Positions 16,906-27,632 are shown, counted from the stretch's first letter. The stretch: DNA of 64,000 nt from Bacteroidales bacterium (GCA_045534635.1 JAZSKB010000019.1:16562-80561), one strand, 5' to 3'. Made by a program: numbers and translations. The notes: generated by a model not told the origin, from the letters alone.

Positions 16906-19047
16906 TTATTTATTAAAAGTAGCGTGATATTGTTCTATTTTATCCCACAAATGCACCCTGTCTAAACCCATTACATTGTGTTCATGATTAGGATAAACAA
17001 AATAATCTACTTGTTTTCTCTTTGCAATAGCGGCATTCAAAAATTGAAGACTATTTTGCCAAACAACAGTTGGGTCAATCGCTCCATGAATAATCAATAT
17101 ATGCCCATCAATATTATCCACCTGATTGAGTAAAGAAGCCTTTTCATATCCTTGTGAATTTTCTTCAGGAGTATCCATATATCGTTCTCCATACATCACT
17201 TCATAATATTTCCAATCAATAACAGGACCACCAGCGGTAGCAACTTTAAATACATCAGGATGTTGCAATTTGAGTGTCAAAGTCATAAAACCACCATAAC
17301 TCCAACCATCAATAGAAAAACGATTCTTGTCAATATAAGGCAATGATTTTAAATATTTTACACCTTCCATTTGGTCTTCTACTTCTACTCCGCCCAAACG
17401 ACGATGAATAGTACTTTCAAATTCAAAACCACGATTAGCCGTACCACGATTATCCAAAGTGAATACTACATAACCTTTTTGAGCCATATAATGCAAGAAA
17501 TGTCCACCACTCATCCAAGAATTGGTAACCAATTGCGAATGAGGACCTCCATATACATAAAAGAAAACAGGATATTTTTTTGTTGAATCGAAATTAATCG
17601 GTTTTATCAATCTATAATACAAACTATCTCCATTAGCATTTTTCAACATACCAATATTTACTTGTGGTAAATCAAATTCTTTCAAAGCGTCGTTATCTTG
17701 AAGTAATCTTGCTAATATTTTTCCATTAGCATCTTTTAAATCTATTCTTGCAGGCAAAGTAATTGAACTATATTTATCTAAAAAATATTTTCCATTAGAA
17801 GAATATTTCACAGAATGTGTTCCATCTTCTTTAGAGATAGGATTTATTTTTCCAGATTGAATATCAACCACATACATACGTCTGCCAACTAATTCATCTT
17901 TATTTGAAGTAATAAATATTTTTTTGCCAGCGTCATCAAATCCATTAAAATCAACAACGACCCAATTACCTTTTGTCAATTGTTTCAACTCAGTACCTTG
18001 AATATTGTACAAATGCAAATGTTTATAACCACTTTTTTGACTTACCCAAATAAATTGGTCGTTATTTCCCGGTAAAAAATAAAGAGGGTCGCTTGGTTCT
18101 ACATAACGTTCATTGCGTTCTTCAAACAAAGTTTTAACAAAATCACCTGTTGTTGCATTATATTGGTTCAATTTCATGTAATTTTGTTCTCTATTGAGAA
18201 CTGCAATAAAAATATATTGTTGGTCAGGACTCCAAGTAACACTACACAAAAATTGGTCAAGAGGCTCTCCAGTATTTAAATAAACTATTTTTTTAGTTTG
18301 CACATCATAAACACCAACTTTCACCTGATGACTTGTCATACCTGCCATTGGATACTTTTCATTATTCAATGTCGCAATACGTTGAGTAACATCAACTATT
18401 GGATAATCGGTAACCATAGATTCGTCCATACGATAAAACGCTAATTTATTTCCATTTGGCGACCAATAAGCACCATTAGCAATACCAAATTCATTGCGAT
18501 GAGGCACATGTCCATATTTTACTTCATTTTCATTATATGGATTTATTTGTTGAGCATTTTCTCCAAAGACACACACATACAAATTGTTATCTATAGTATA
18601 AGCCACTTTATTATGTTGATAATTCCATTCTATATTTTTTGCAGATTTCTCCATTGAATAAAGCATAAGCATTTTTTTGTTCAATACATTATACGAATAA
18701 AGTTTTTCCATCGCTTGAAAATAAAATTCATCTTTTGATTTCCAATAAACAATATTTGGAAAACGTTTCAAAGCATCTTCGCCAATAACAGCCATTGCCG
18801 TATTTAAATCAGAAAGAGTAATCCAAGCAGTTGTATCTGATTTTGGAGCCAAACAACGATACAACGTTTGATTTTGTTCATAAACAAACATATTTGTTTT
18901 GGGAACAAACTGCAATTGTCGCAAATTTTTTGGATACATACTTGCGGAATAAAAAACATCTTCCATTTTAAAAACCTTCTGCGAAAACACAGACAAAACA
19001 CTAAAAATCAATACAATAAAAACGACATTTTTTTTATTCATAATCAC
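16906..19047 (-). CDS. dipeptidyl peptidase IV (S9B family)
   Basis: 713 aa with a signal peptide. DPP-IV beta-propeller N-terminal region and C-terminal alpha/beta hydrolase with the GWSYGG nucleophile motif. Confidence 0.85.
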   Translation of the reverse strand: MIMNKKNVVFIVLIFSVLSVFSQKVFKMEDVFYSASMYPKNLRQLQFVPKTNMFVYEQNQTLYRCLAPKSDTTAWITLSDLNTAMAVIGEDALKRFPNIVYWKSKDEFYFQAMEKLYSYNVLNKKMLMLYSMEKSAKNIEWNYQHNKVAYTIDNNLYVCVFGENAQQINPYNENEVKYGHVPHRNEFGIANGAYWSPNGNKLAFYRMDESMVTDYPIVDVTQRIATLNNEKYPMAGMTSHQVKVGVYDVQTKKIVYLNTGEPLDQFLCSVTWSPDQQYIFIAVLNREQNYMKLNQYNATTGDFVKTLFEERNERYVEPSDPLYFLPGNNDQFIWVSQKSGYKHLHLYNIQGTELKQLTKGNWVVVDFNGFDDAGKKIFITSNKDELVGRRMYVVDIQSGKINPISKEDGTHSVKYSSNGKYFLDKYSSITLPARIDLKDANGKILARLLQDNDALKEFDLPQVNIGMLKNANGDSLYYRLIKPINFDSTKKYPVFFYVYGGPHSQLVTNSWMSGGHFLHYMAQKGYVVFTLDNRGTANRGFEFESTIHRRLGGVEVEDQMEGVKYLKSLPYIDKNRFSIDGWSYGGFMTLTLKLQHPDVFKVATAGGPVIDWKYYEVMYGERYMDTPEENSQGYEKASLLNQVDNIDGHILIIHGAIDPTVVWQNSLQFLNAAIAKRKQVDYFVYPNHEHNVMGLDRVHLWDKIEQYHATFNK

Positions 19048-20522
19048 TTCTTTTTATTTATTTGTTTAATTATTATTTGTTCTTTCTTTTTATAAGCATA
19101 TTTCCATAGCAAAAAACTAAGTAATATTGCCAATGTAATCAATGCACTAATTGTATATCCTGCCCAATGAGGAATTAAAGTTCCCAAACCTTCTTTTTCA
19201 GCAATAAATATAAAACAAATTGTTACCATTGTCATAAATAAAGACGGGATAATAGTCACAAGATACCACATTTTACTTTTATTTTTTACAAGATAAACCG
19301 TTATTGACCAAAGTGTTACCGTTGCCAATACTTGATTTGCCCAAGCAAAATAACGCCAAATAACATCAAACCCTTTTGTATCAGCAAGGCTATAAATTAA
19401 AATGATAGCAGTAACAACAAACATAGGAATTGCCACTAACAACCGTTTTTTTATTGGTTTTTGGTCTAATTTTATAAAATCTGCAATAATCAATCGAGCC
19501 GAACGCAAAGCAGTATCTCCAGAAGTAATAGCCGCAGAAATAACACCTAAAATTGTTACAACAGCAATAGCAGGAATAAACCATTGCTTAGCAATAAACC
19601 CTACCATAGCAGGACCACTTTTTCCTGCAACATCATTGGGAAATTCGCTAAAAAAGTAAGTTGCTGCCGCTGCCCAAATAAGGGCGACAATACCTTCTGT
19701 TATCATTGCACCATAAAAAATTGGTCGTCCTTGTTTTTCATTGGTCATACATCGTGCCATCAAAGGAGATTGTGTTGCATGAAATCCAGAAATTGCCCCA
19801 CAAGCTATACTGATAAACATCATTGGGAAGATAGGATTTTTTGCAGCATTCGGATGTCGATTTTGTAAACCATGCCACAATTCTGGAATTTCTGGTTGAT
19901 ATATAACAAAAGCAACCAAAATAGCAACTGCCATCGCTATAAGCAAAATACCAAATATAGGATAAATTTTACCTATTAATTTGTCTATAGGCACCAATGT
20001 TGCAATAAGATAATAGACTAAAATAATTATTACCCAAATATAAATATTCCATTGAGGAGTAAAATATTCATTGAGCAAAGTTGCAGGGGTATTTACAAAA
20101 ACCGCTCCTACCAATATCATCAAAAACACAGTAAAGATACGCATAATTTGTTTGGCATTATCCCCTAAATATTTACCATGAATTTCTGGCAAACTTGCTC
20201 CATTTTCTCTTAAAGAAATCATTCCTGACATAAAATCGTGAACGGCTCCAGCAAAAATACTTCCAAATACTATCCACAAAAAAGATGATGTACCAAATTG
20301 GGCACCCATTATCGCTCCACAAATAGGTCCTACACCAGCAATATTCAGAAATTGTATCAAGTAAATACGCCAAGGTTTCATTGGCACAAAATCCACACCA
20401 TCTGCCATAGTTATCGCAGGCGTTTTTCGATGAGTATCAATACCAAAAATATTTTCTATTAGTTTTCCATAAACAAAATACCCGAATAGCAATACAACAA
20501 TTGCAATAAAAAATGTTATCAT
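19044..20522 (-). CDS. cstA: carbon starvation protein A (peptide/pyruvate transporter family)
   Basis: 492 aa polytopic membrane protein with a typical CstA N-terminus (MITFFIAIVVLLFGYFVYGKLIENIFG). It has a 4-nt overlap with the dpp4 start. Confidence 0.85.
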   Translation of the reverse strand: MITFFIAIVVLLFGYFVYGKLIENIFGIDTHRKTPAITMADGVDFVPMKPWRIYLIQFLNIAGVGPICGAIMGAQFGTSSFLWIVFGSIFAGAVHDFMSGMISLRENGASLPEIHGKYLGDNAKQIMRIFTVFLMILVGAVFVNTPATLLNEYFTPQWNIYIWVIIILVYYLIATLVPIDKLIGKIYPIFGILLIAMAVAILVAFVIYQPEIPELWHGLQNRHPNAAKNPIFPMMFISIACGAISGFHATQSPLMARCMTNEKQGRPIFYGAMITEGIVALIWAAAATYFFSEFPNDVAGKSGPAMVGFIAKQWFIPAIAVVTILGVISAAITSGDTALRSARLIIADFIKLDQKPIKKRLLVAIPMFVVTAIILIYSLADTKGFDVIWRYFAWANQVLATVTLWSITVYLVKNKSKMWYLVTIIPSLFMTMVTICFIFIAEKEGLGTLIPHWAGYTISALITLAILLSFLLWKYAYKKKEQIIIKQINKKK

Positions 20523-20526
20523 ATAA

Positions 20527-23004
20527 TTATCCTTCTATATAAATACGTTTTACTCGCTGTGAAATATGTGTCAATAATTCATATTCTATCATTCCTGTAC
20601 TTTTTGCCAAATGAGTCAAGGGCAAACCTTTTCCAAAAATTACCACTTCATCGCCCTCTCTTACGGGCAATCCTGTTACATCTATCATACACATATCCAT
20701 ACAAATACTGCCAACTATTTTCGCCAAATAACCATTTACAAGTACTTGTGTTTTTTCATAACCAGCACTTCGAGGAAAACCATCTGCATATCCTATTGAT
20801 ATTGTTGCTATTACAGTATCTTTTTCCGCTTTAAAACGTCTATTATAACCAACAGTTTCTCCTTTTGCCACTTGACACAATTGCGATATTCTTGTTTTTA
20901 ATGTTGCTACCTCTTCTATATTGCCATTTTCAACAAATGGATTAATACCATAAAGACCGATTCCAACACGAACCATATCAAATTGATATTGAGGGAAACG
21001 ACAAAAACCAGCCGTATTTGCAATATGTTTCAACGGAGTATAACCCAATTGATTTGCTATATAATTATGATATTTTGTCAATAAATTGGCTTGTGTATGA
21101 GTAAAATCATCTTCTTGTGCATCATCGGCTGCTGCAAAATGAGAAAAAACACTATCTACCAATACCTTAGGGTTTTCTTTCAAAATATTTACCAATTTTT
21201 GTAAATCTTCTTCTTTAAAACCCAAACGATGCATACCCGTATCCATTTTAAGATGAACTCGAATACAATTCATCTGTGAATTGCGTTGCAAAGCAGACAA
21301 TAAAATTTCTAAAATACGAAACGAATATATTTCTGGCTGTAAATCATAACGAATAATTGAATCCATTGCATTTTCTTCTGGATTCATCACCATTATTGGC
21401 AATTTGATATTTTTTTCTCTCAAAGCAATGCCTTCATCGGTATATGCTACTGTCAAGTAATCTACACCATGATATTGCAATACATTCGCCACATCAATAT
21501 CCCCTATCCCATAAGAAAAAGCCTTTACCATTGCCATCATCTTAACATGAGGATTTAACATTGATTTATAATAATTTATATTACTAACCAATTTTTCTAA
21601 ACTCACTTCCAATATTGTTTCATGAGTTTTAAGTTCTAAATATTGGGATATTCGTTCAAAATTATATTTTCTTGCTCCTTTTACTAAAATGATTTCATTT
21701 TCTAAACTATTTACATTAAAATGAGCAAAAAAATCGTCGGTTGTTAGATAAAATTCTTTTTCAATAGAAAAACTATCTGCTTGACGACAAATGGCTTCTC
21801 CAATACCGATTATTTTGTTTATATTATTATTTATCAACAAATTAGAAACATCTTTATATAATTGATATTCCGAAGAACGACTTTGCAAAATATCTGATAA
21901 AATAATCGTTCGTTTGGAAGATTGTTGTTGATTATTCATCAAATCAATAGCGATTTGCAATGAATTTATATCTGAATTGTATGTATCATTGATAATTAAA
22001 CAACGATTGATACCTTGCTTTATTTCCAAACGCATAGCAATCGGTGTCAATTTTGCGATACGTTGAGCAATTGTTTTGTTTTCGTAACCCAATAAAAGCA
22101 AAGTAGCCCAACAATGTATCGCATTTTCTATAGCAGCCTCATCAATAAAAGGAATGGTTATCGAAATTTCTTTTTCTTGATAGATTGCAACAATTGATGT
22201 TGTTTTTGTTTGTTTTTCAATAGTTTTTACATACAAATTTGCATTTTTTTCTCGTCTGCTCCATGTAAAAAAATCTATTTTTTTATTCAGCACTATCTGA
22301 CAAATTGTATTGTTAATATATTCATGGTCAATACAATATATCAATGTTTGCACAGAATGAAATAGATTCAATTTTTCCTCAACTTTTTGCTTAATATTTA
22401 CAAACGCTTCATCGTGAGCAGAACCAATATTGGTAAAAATTCCAATTGTCGGTTTAATAATATCCTGCAATATTATCATTTCATTAGGTTGGGATATTCC
22501 TGCCTCAAATATTGCAAGTTGGTCATTATCAGTAATTTTCGACACAGACAATGGCACACCTATTTGAGAATTGAAACTATTAGGAGAATAAACGATTTTT
22601 TTATCATCACACATCAATTGATAAAGCCATTCTTTAACGATAGTTTTACCATTACTTCCTGTAATTCCAATTATAGGAATATCAAATTGTTGTCTATGGT
22701 ATTTTGCAAGTTGTTGCAATGCGTTTAAACTATCTTGGACTTGAATAAAAACGCCATCGGGAAAATTAGATTTAATAATCTGATAATCATTATTAACCAA
22801 AAAAAAATGTACACCTTTATTATACACTTGCTCAATATAGTTATGCCCATCATTTTTTTTTGTTTTAATTGCAAAAAACAAGGCTTCAGATATTGCCGAC
22901 ACCTTTCTACTATCATACAGCAAATCTTTGATAGTACAATTTGGGATATTATCACCTATTAATTTTCCATTTACGATGTCAGCAATTTGAGTTAGTGTGT
23001 ACAT
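20527..23004 (-). CDS. bifunctional UDP-MurNAc-tripeptide--D-Ala-D-Ala ligase / alanine racemase
   Basis: N-terminal MurF (IIGITGSNGKT) fused to a C-terminal alanine racemase (MAMVKAFSYGIG with the PLP lysine context, and a C-terminal beta domain). I set the start at MYTLTQIADIVNGKL (23004) rather than the ORF-track start at 23133, which would overlap pdxA. Confidence 0.8.
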   Translation of the reverse strand: MYTLTQIADIVNGKLIGDNIPNCTIKDLLYDSRKVSAISEALFFAIKTKKNDGHNYIEQVYNKGVHFFLVNNDYQIIKSNFPDGVFIQVQDSLNALQQLAKYHRQQFDIPIIGITGSNGKTIVKEWLYQLMCDDKKIVYSPNSFNSQIGVPLSVSKITDNDQLAIFEAGISQPNEMIILQDIIKPTIGIFTNIGSAHDEAFVNIKQKVEEKLNLFHSVQTLIYCIDHEYINNTICQIVLNKKIDFFTWSRREKNANLYVKTIEKQTKTTSIVAIYQEKEISITIPFIDEAAIENAIHCWATLLLLGYENKTIAQRIAKLTPIAMRLEIKQGINRCLIINDTYNSDINSLQIAIDLMNNQQQSSKRTIILSDILQSRSSEYQLYKDVSNLLINNNINKIIGIGEAICRQADSFSIEKEFYLTTDDFFAHFNVNSLENEIILVKGARKYNFERISQYLELKTHETILEVSLEKLVSNINYYKSMLNPHVKMMAMVKAFSYGIGDIDVANVLQYHGVDYLTVAYTDEGIALREKNIKLPIMVMNPEENAMDSIIRYDLQPEIYSFRILEILLSALQRNSQMNCIRVHLKMDTGMHRLGFKEEDLQKLVNILKENPKVLVDSVFSHFAAADDAQEDDFTHTQANLLTKYHNYIANQLGYTPLKHIANTAGFCRFPQYQFDMVRVGIGLYGINPFVENGNIEEVATLKTRISQLCQVAKGETVGYNRRFKAEKDTVIATISIGYADGFPRSAGYEKTQVLVNGYLAKIVGSICMDMCMIDVTGLPVREGDEVVIFGKGLPLTHLAKSTGMIEYELLTHISQRVKRIYIEG

Positions 23005-23011
23005 TTTTTTG

Positions 23012-24034
23012 TTAATCCAATTTTTGGTTATATTCTTTTCTATTACGATAGATATCGCAAGCCAAATAAATCGCTTCACGCATAGAGGCTTCGGAAGCAA
23101 TATCTTTTCCTGCAATATCGTAAGCGGTACCATGAGCTGGAGAGGTTCGTATTATAGGCAATCCTGCCGTAAAATTCACACCTTTACCTTGGGATAAAAG
23201 TTTAAAAGGTACCATTGCTTGGTCGTGATACATTGCTAAAATTGCATCAAATTTTGCATACTTGCCACTGCCAAACAGACCATCGGCTGGATATGGACCA
23301 AAAACAGGAATTTTTTCGTCAAAACACTCCTCTATTGCTGGACATATAATATCTGCTTCTTCTTTTCCAAATCGTCCATTATCACTTGCATGAGGATTCA
23401 ATGACAATACCGCTATTCTAGGCATGGTACAACCAAAATCTATTTTTAAGCTTTCGTATATTATTTTTATTTTTTCTTTCACCAATTCTTTTGTTATCAA
23501 TTGTGAAACTTGCGATAATGCACAATGAGTTGTTACCGTTCCTATACGCATATTTCCTGCAACCATCATCATTAGATAATTAGTACTTTTGCAACATTGG
23601 GCTATATATTCGGTATGCCCTTCAAATGGAAAATTTGCACTTTTGATATTATCTTTATTGATAGGAGCGGTTACCAACACATCAAGACGACCATTGAGCA
23701 AATCTTCTGAAGCCTTTTGCAATGCTAAAAAAGACATTTCTCCAGCAATAGCAGTCGATTTGCCTATATCAACTTTTATTTCTGTTTCTGTGATATTCAA
23801 TAAATTTGGTTTACTTGTTGACAATTGTGTGGGTTGTCTAACTATATTAAACAAAAAATCTCCACAATTTTTCATCATTTTACGATGATACGACGCTACT
23901 TTTGAAGAACCATATAGCAATGGCGTACATATTTCCATCATTCGGTCATCTAACAATACTTTAGTGATAACCTCATAACCTACACCATTGATATCTCCAT
24001 GGGTCAAACCTACTACTATTGTTTTTTCTAACAT
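23012..24034 (-). CDS. pdxA: 4-hydroxythreonine-4-phosphate dehydrogenase
   Basis: 340 aa with LTHGDINGVGYEV, GHTEYIA and NPHASDNG motifs. Confidence 0.85.
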   Translation of the reverse strand: MLEKTIVVGLTHGDINGVGYEVITKVLLDDRMMEICTPLLYGSSKVASYHRKMMKNCGDFLFNIVRQPTQLSTSKPNLLNITETEIKVDIGKSTAIAGEMSFLALQKASEDLLNGRLDVLVTAPINKDNIKSANFPFEGHTEYIAQCCKSTNYLMMMVAGNMRIGTVTTHCALSQVSQLITKELVKEKIKIIYESLKIDFGCTMPRIAVLSLNPHASDNGRFGKEEADIICPAIEECFDEKIPVFGPYPADGLFGSGKYAKFDAILAMYHDQAMVPFKLLSQGKGVNFTAGLPIIRTSPAHGTAYDIAGKDIASEASMREAIYLACDIYRNRKEYNQKLD

Positions 24035-24056
24035 AATTTCTTTTTTCTTATATCTG

Positions 24057-24064
24057 CAAAGATA
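24057..24064 (-). promoter_or_regulatory. Bacteroidota -7 promoter element (TATCTTTG)
   Basis: About 22 nt upstream of the pdxA ATG. The extended sequence aaaaatgttatctttgcag is nearly identical to the sufC promoter region. Confidence 0.5.
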
Positions 24065-24146
24065 ACATTTTTTTATAACTTTGTTGTTGAATATTAAAAA
24101 AAAATATTTTTTTTTTAGAATTGCTAAAAAATAAAAAAAAATATGT

Positions 24147-24154
24147 TAAATTTG
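24147..24154 (+). promoter_or_regulatory. Bacteroidota -7 promoter-like element (TAAATTTG)
   Basis: Intergenic TAnnTTTG, 229 nt upstream of the next plus-strand ATG (24383). Confidence 0.3.
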
Positions 24155-24382
24155 CAGGGTGAAATAGTAAGGTGTTCAGTTAAGCCAAAAGACTGATACA
24201 TCTGAATATGAAAAAGTAAGTTTTTGGCACATAACGATTAAGAAAGGAGTAGATTCTACAATTTTTGAAAAAAATAAGATGAAAAATGCTTATTTAATCT
24301 GATATGTATAAGAATAATGGAACCGCTGTATATATCGGAAAAAAATAGACTAATAGGAGTTCCAAATTAATATTACAAAATT

Positions 24383-24868
24383 ATGAAAGCTTTAATAAAA
24401 AACACAGCATTAATAAGTGTAATATTGATATTTGTATCTTGTCAAAAAGACTGTTATTACGAGTACAATATAATTAATAATTTTGATAGAACGATAGCCT
24501 ATAAAGGCTATGTAATTGTGCCAGATATTACAATTAGAGAAAGAGACACAATTTGTTATATTGAAGTCGGAGATACTTTGACAGTATATGCATCACATAT
24601 CTTAAGAACAAAAGGAAAAAATGAACCAATAGAAGATGTTCTATATTATACTCATCGACCATTAGGAGCGATAATTTTTGATGATACGTTGGAGTTACGA
24701 TATAACTATGGAGGTAATGAAGTCAAAAATTATTATAGAGACCATAGTGGTCCTGTTGAGTATCGTGGTCGTCCTAATGCGAGGAATATGTCCAGTCTAA
24801 TAGCATATTATAAAGTAGATGATATAGATTATTTTATTGCTCAAAAAAAAGCAATGAAAACAAAATAA
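24383..24868 (+). CDS. hypothetical lipoprotein
   Basis: Signal peptide with Cys (LIFVSCQKD). No domain recognised. Confidence 0.5.
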   Translation: MKALIKNTALISVILIFVSCQKDCYYEYNIINNFDRTIAYKGYVIVPDITIRERDTICYIEVGDTLTVYASHILRTKGKNEPIEDVLYYTHRPLGAIIFDDTLELRYNYGGNEVKNYYRDHSGPVEYRGRPNARNMSSLIAYYKVDDIDYFIAQKKAMKTK

Positions 24869-24888
24869 AAGTCTGTATTTATTTATTG

Positions 24889-24922
24889 CGGGAGCGAGTT
24901 TATTCGTCTTGCTCCCGTTTTT
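24889..24922 (+). terminator. intrinsic terminator
   Basis: CGGGAGCGAG..CTTGCTCCCG stem followed by TTTTT, 20 nt after the stop at 24868. Confidence 0.7.
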
Positions 24923-24961
24923 GTTAAATATATTTTACAAGAATAAAAAATAATTAGCATT

Positions 24962-25260
24962 ATGAAAAACAAAGAAATATTAATAGTGATATTGTTGGCG
25001 TTATTTTTTATAGAGAGCAAAGCCCAAATCAATCATGGTATAAAAATATATGGCGTATCAGAATGTAATATTCATTTGCCTCAATCGATAATATAGAAAA
25101 ATATCATAATGTATCCATTCCTATCATATTTGGATATGATTTTTTCAAAAAGGAAAAACATAGCATAGGCATCAATATAGGAATGCAAGTTGATTTTTTG
25201 TGTCGTACAGAATTTTTGTTTATTGAAAATCATTTTATTTACACAAAAAAAAATCCCTAA
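24962..25260 (+). pseudogene. possible remnant of a small outer-membrane beta-barrel protein
   Basis: Hand translation gives MKNKEILIVILLALFFIESKAQINHGIKIYGVSECNIHLPQSII-stop. A second frame then gives KYHNVSIPIIFGYDFFKKEKHSIGINIGMQVDFLCRTEFLFIENHFIYTKKNP-stop, with alternating beta-strand-like patterns. It is too short and too split to be an intact barrel. Confidence 0.3.
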
Positions 25261-25273
25261 AAATTAGGGATTT
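25251..25273. terminator. bidirectional terminator hairpin
   Basis: AAATCCCTAA-AAA-TTAGGGATTT, a 10-bp stem between the remnant ORF and the stop of the TonB receptor gene. Confidence 0.6.
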
Positions 25274-25301
25274 AGATAAGATATTCAGTATTTGACCAAT
25301 T

Positions 25302-27599
25302 TTACAACGACATTTTTAATCCTGCATAAACACTTCTTGGTAAAGAAGGACCATAAATATATCCAGCGTCCCGCAACTCTCCTTTATCAAAATCTTTTTG
25401 ATAACTATTGAAAATATTTTTTATACCAAGACTAAATTCCAAAAGCATATTGCCTTTTACAAGCAATCCATACGATATTTTAGCATTTAAATCGAAAAAT
25501 GGATTTGTCAATTTTTCACAATCATTATCAACATAACCTGCAAAATGTTGAACTAACATTTTTCCTGTATATGTTCCAGACAAAGCAATATCTAAACGTT
25601 TTATTGGCGAATAAGTAAACATTAAGAAACCATAAGTATCTGGAGTTCTAAACATTTTAGTTTGTGCTGGCAAGGTTTCACTCCATTGTTCTGGTTTTAG
25701 ATAACGACTTTGTTGATATGTAAATCCCAATTGTAATTCCATTTTTTTGTATGGAATCAATTTAAATTCTACATTTGCACCTGCTACCCAAGCACCTGAA
25801 CCATTTTTTCTTGTCAATATTAAATTATTTTTATCATCACGACCATCTTCAACAAGCATAAAAACATCATTCAATGAGGTATAAAAACCCTCTATTAAGA
25901 CATCTATTGCTCTAATATTCCATTGTTTATTGAAATTAACAGATAAATTCACCGAATGCGAACGCTCTGGTTTCAATTCTGGACTTATTCGAATAATAGA
26001 AACATTGCCACCTACTGCTGTAATATGCAAATCTTCATCAAATGCTTGTGGTGCTCTAAATCCTTTGGCATAACCAGTCCTTAAAGTCAACCATTTTAAT
26101 GGTGCATAACGAATATTGGCACGTGGACTAAAAATTGGCAATTTTATCATATTATGTTTGTCTAAGCGTGCTCCAATAAGTAATGATAATTTTTTATTTT
26201 TCCATTCATTTTGCAAAAACGCACTATAAGTATTTACTTTTTGATTGATAATTCGATTATAACCCAAGGCTTCATCATAGAGTGAATTATAATTGTATTC
26301 TATTCCAGAGGTAAGCGTTGCAGGCATAAAAAGAAATTTATCCATATAATAAACATATTGTACTCCTCCAACAACAGAAAAATCTTTTGTATTTCCATAA
26401 GCATTCATATCTTTTCCTGCTCCATAATAACTATCTCTTTTTATTGCTTGCAATGATGAATAAATTTGCAACCAATGTTTGGAATTATGAGAGAAAAAAT
26501 CGTACTTTATTCCTGCACAATGTATGTTATGTTCTGTTTGTTCTGCAATATCAGCCTCATGAGGTGGTAATGAAAGAAGATTTCCTCCTCTACGAAATTC
26601 TTCAAGGGCATGATATTCTATTGATAATTTTGAATGAAGACCTAATTTGTAGAAACCTCGAAGACCTATATTTTTAGCATTTAATTTTCCAATTTCTGTA
26701 AATCCATCGTTATCAAAATCGAAAGGGCTACGCTGACGGGCAGAAGCAAAAATGGTAAATCCCACATTGTTGTTATCTGAAACTATTGAAGCATTGAAAG
26801 TTGTATTTACATCTGCTGACGACATTCCTATCATTGTTAAATTTGTCCCAACAGAAATTGCATTAATTTTTGGTTCTTTAGTCAAAATATTGATTGTTCC
26901 TGCAACGGCATTAGAGCCAAAAATAGCAGACCCTCCACCACGAACAACTTCTACTTTTTCTATCATATTAACAGGAATTTGCTCTAATCCATATACTTGC
27001 GACAAAGCACTATTTACTGCTCTACCATCAATAAGAATTTGAGAATAAGCACCTTCCAAACCATTAATACGAACTTGTTGAAATCCACAATTTTGACAAT
27101 TACTTTCTAAACGCAAACCCGGTTGAAAGTTTAAACCTTCCGCAAGACATACAGAATTTGTACTGTTAAAAATTTTAGACGACAACACTCCAACTACAAT
27201 AGGGGCTTCTTTACGATATGTTTCATTTTTGTTTGCTGATATTACAACATCGTTCATCAAAATAATATCTTCTTCGATTTCAAAATTCAATTCACTTGTT
27301 TTGCCTTGTTTTATATTAATTTGTTTTTCTTGTGAAACATAACCAACTGATTGAGCAACGATAGTATAATCTCCTTCTGGTAAATTTTTCAATGTATAAT
27401 GCCCACTCAAATCCGTAACTGTTCCCATTGTAGTTCCTTTTACTACAATGGTTACATAAGCAAGATGTTCATTTGTATTTTTATCAATAACATGACCAAA
27501 CAAATGAGAATCACTACTTTGTTTTTTAGTCTTTTGCGAATAGATATTTCCTAAAAAGAACAATATCAATATTATCCCAAATATTTTTTTCTGCTTCAT
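25302..27599 (-). CDS. TonB-dependent receptor
   Basis: 765 aa. Signal peptide, carboxypeptidase-regulatory-like domain (AYVTIVVKGTTMGTVTDLSGHYTLKNLPEGDYTIVAQSVGY), plug domain, and a beta-barrel ending in an aromatic-rich C-terminus. Confidence 0.85.
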   Translation of the reverse strand: MKQKKIFGIILILFFLGNIYSQKTKKQSSDSHLFGHVIDKNTNEHLAYVTIVVKGTTMGTVTDLSGHYTLKNLPEGDYTIVAQSVGYVSQEKQINIKQGKTSELNFEIEEDIILMNDVVISANKNETYRKEAPIVVGVLSSKIFNSTNSVCLAEGLNFQPGLRLESNCQNCGFQQVRINGLEGAYSQILIDGRAVNSALSQVYGLEQIPVNMIEKVEVVRGGGSAIFGSNAVAGTINILTKEPKINAISVGTNLTMIGMSSADVNTTFNASIVSDNNNVGFTIFASARQRSPFDFDNDGFTEIGKLNAKNIGLRGFYKLGLHSKLSIEYHALEEFRRGGNLLSLPPHEADIAEQTEHNIHCAGIKYDFFSHNSKHWLQIYSSLQAIKRDSYYGAGKDMNAYGNTKDFSVVGGVQYVYYMDKFLFMPATLTSGIEYNYNSLYDEALGYNRIINQKVNTYSAFLQNEWKNKKLSLLIGARLDKHNMIKLPIFSPRANIRYAPLKWLTLRTGYAKGFRAPQAFDEDLHITAVGGNVSIIRISPELKPERSHSVNLSVNFNKQWNIRAIDVLIEGFYTSLNDVFMLVEDGRDDKNNLILTRKNGSGAWVAGANVEFKLIPYKKMELQLGFTYQQSRYLKPEQWSETLPAQTKMFRTPDTYGFLMFTYSPIKRLDIALSGTYTGKMLVQHFAGYVDNDCEKLTNPFFDLNAKISYGLLVKGNMLLEFSLGIKNIFNSYQKDFDKGELRDAGYIYGPSLPRSVYAGLKMSL

Positions 27600-27624
27600 A
27601 TTTATCTATTTTTTTATTTTTTTG

Positions 27625-27632
27625 CAAAGGTA
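27625..27632 (-). promoter_or_regulatory. Bacteroidota -7 promoter element (TACCTTTG)
   Basis: About 25 nt upstream of the receptor ATG at 27599. Confidence 0.5.

Noticed and set aside
20527-23133. ORF-track N-terminal extensions (murF/alr to 23133, mreC to 38586, 5-FTHF cyclo-ligase from 60123, rarA to 63966, Type IIB gene to 49458)
   Set aside because: The extensions overlap the neighbouring gene, contain the gene's own promoter motif, or start at a non-ATG codon. Internal ATG starts give canonical N-termini.
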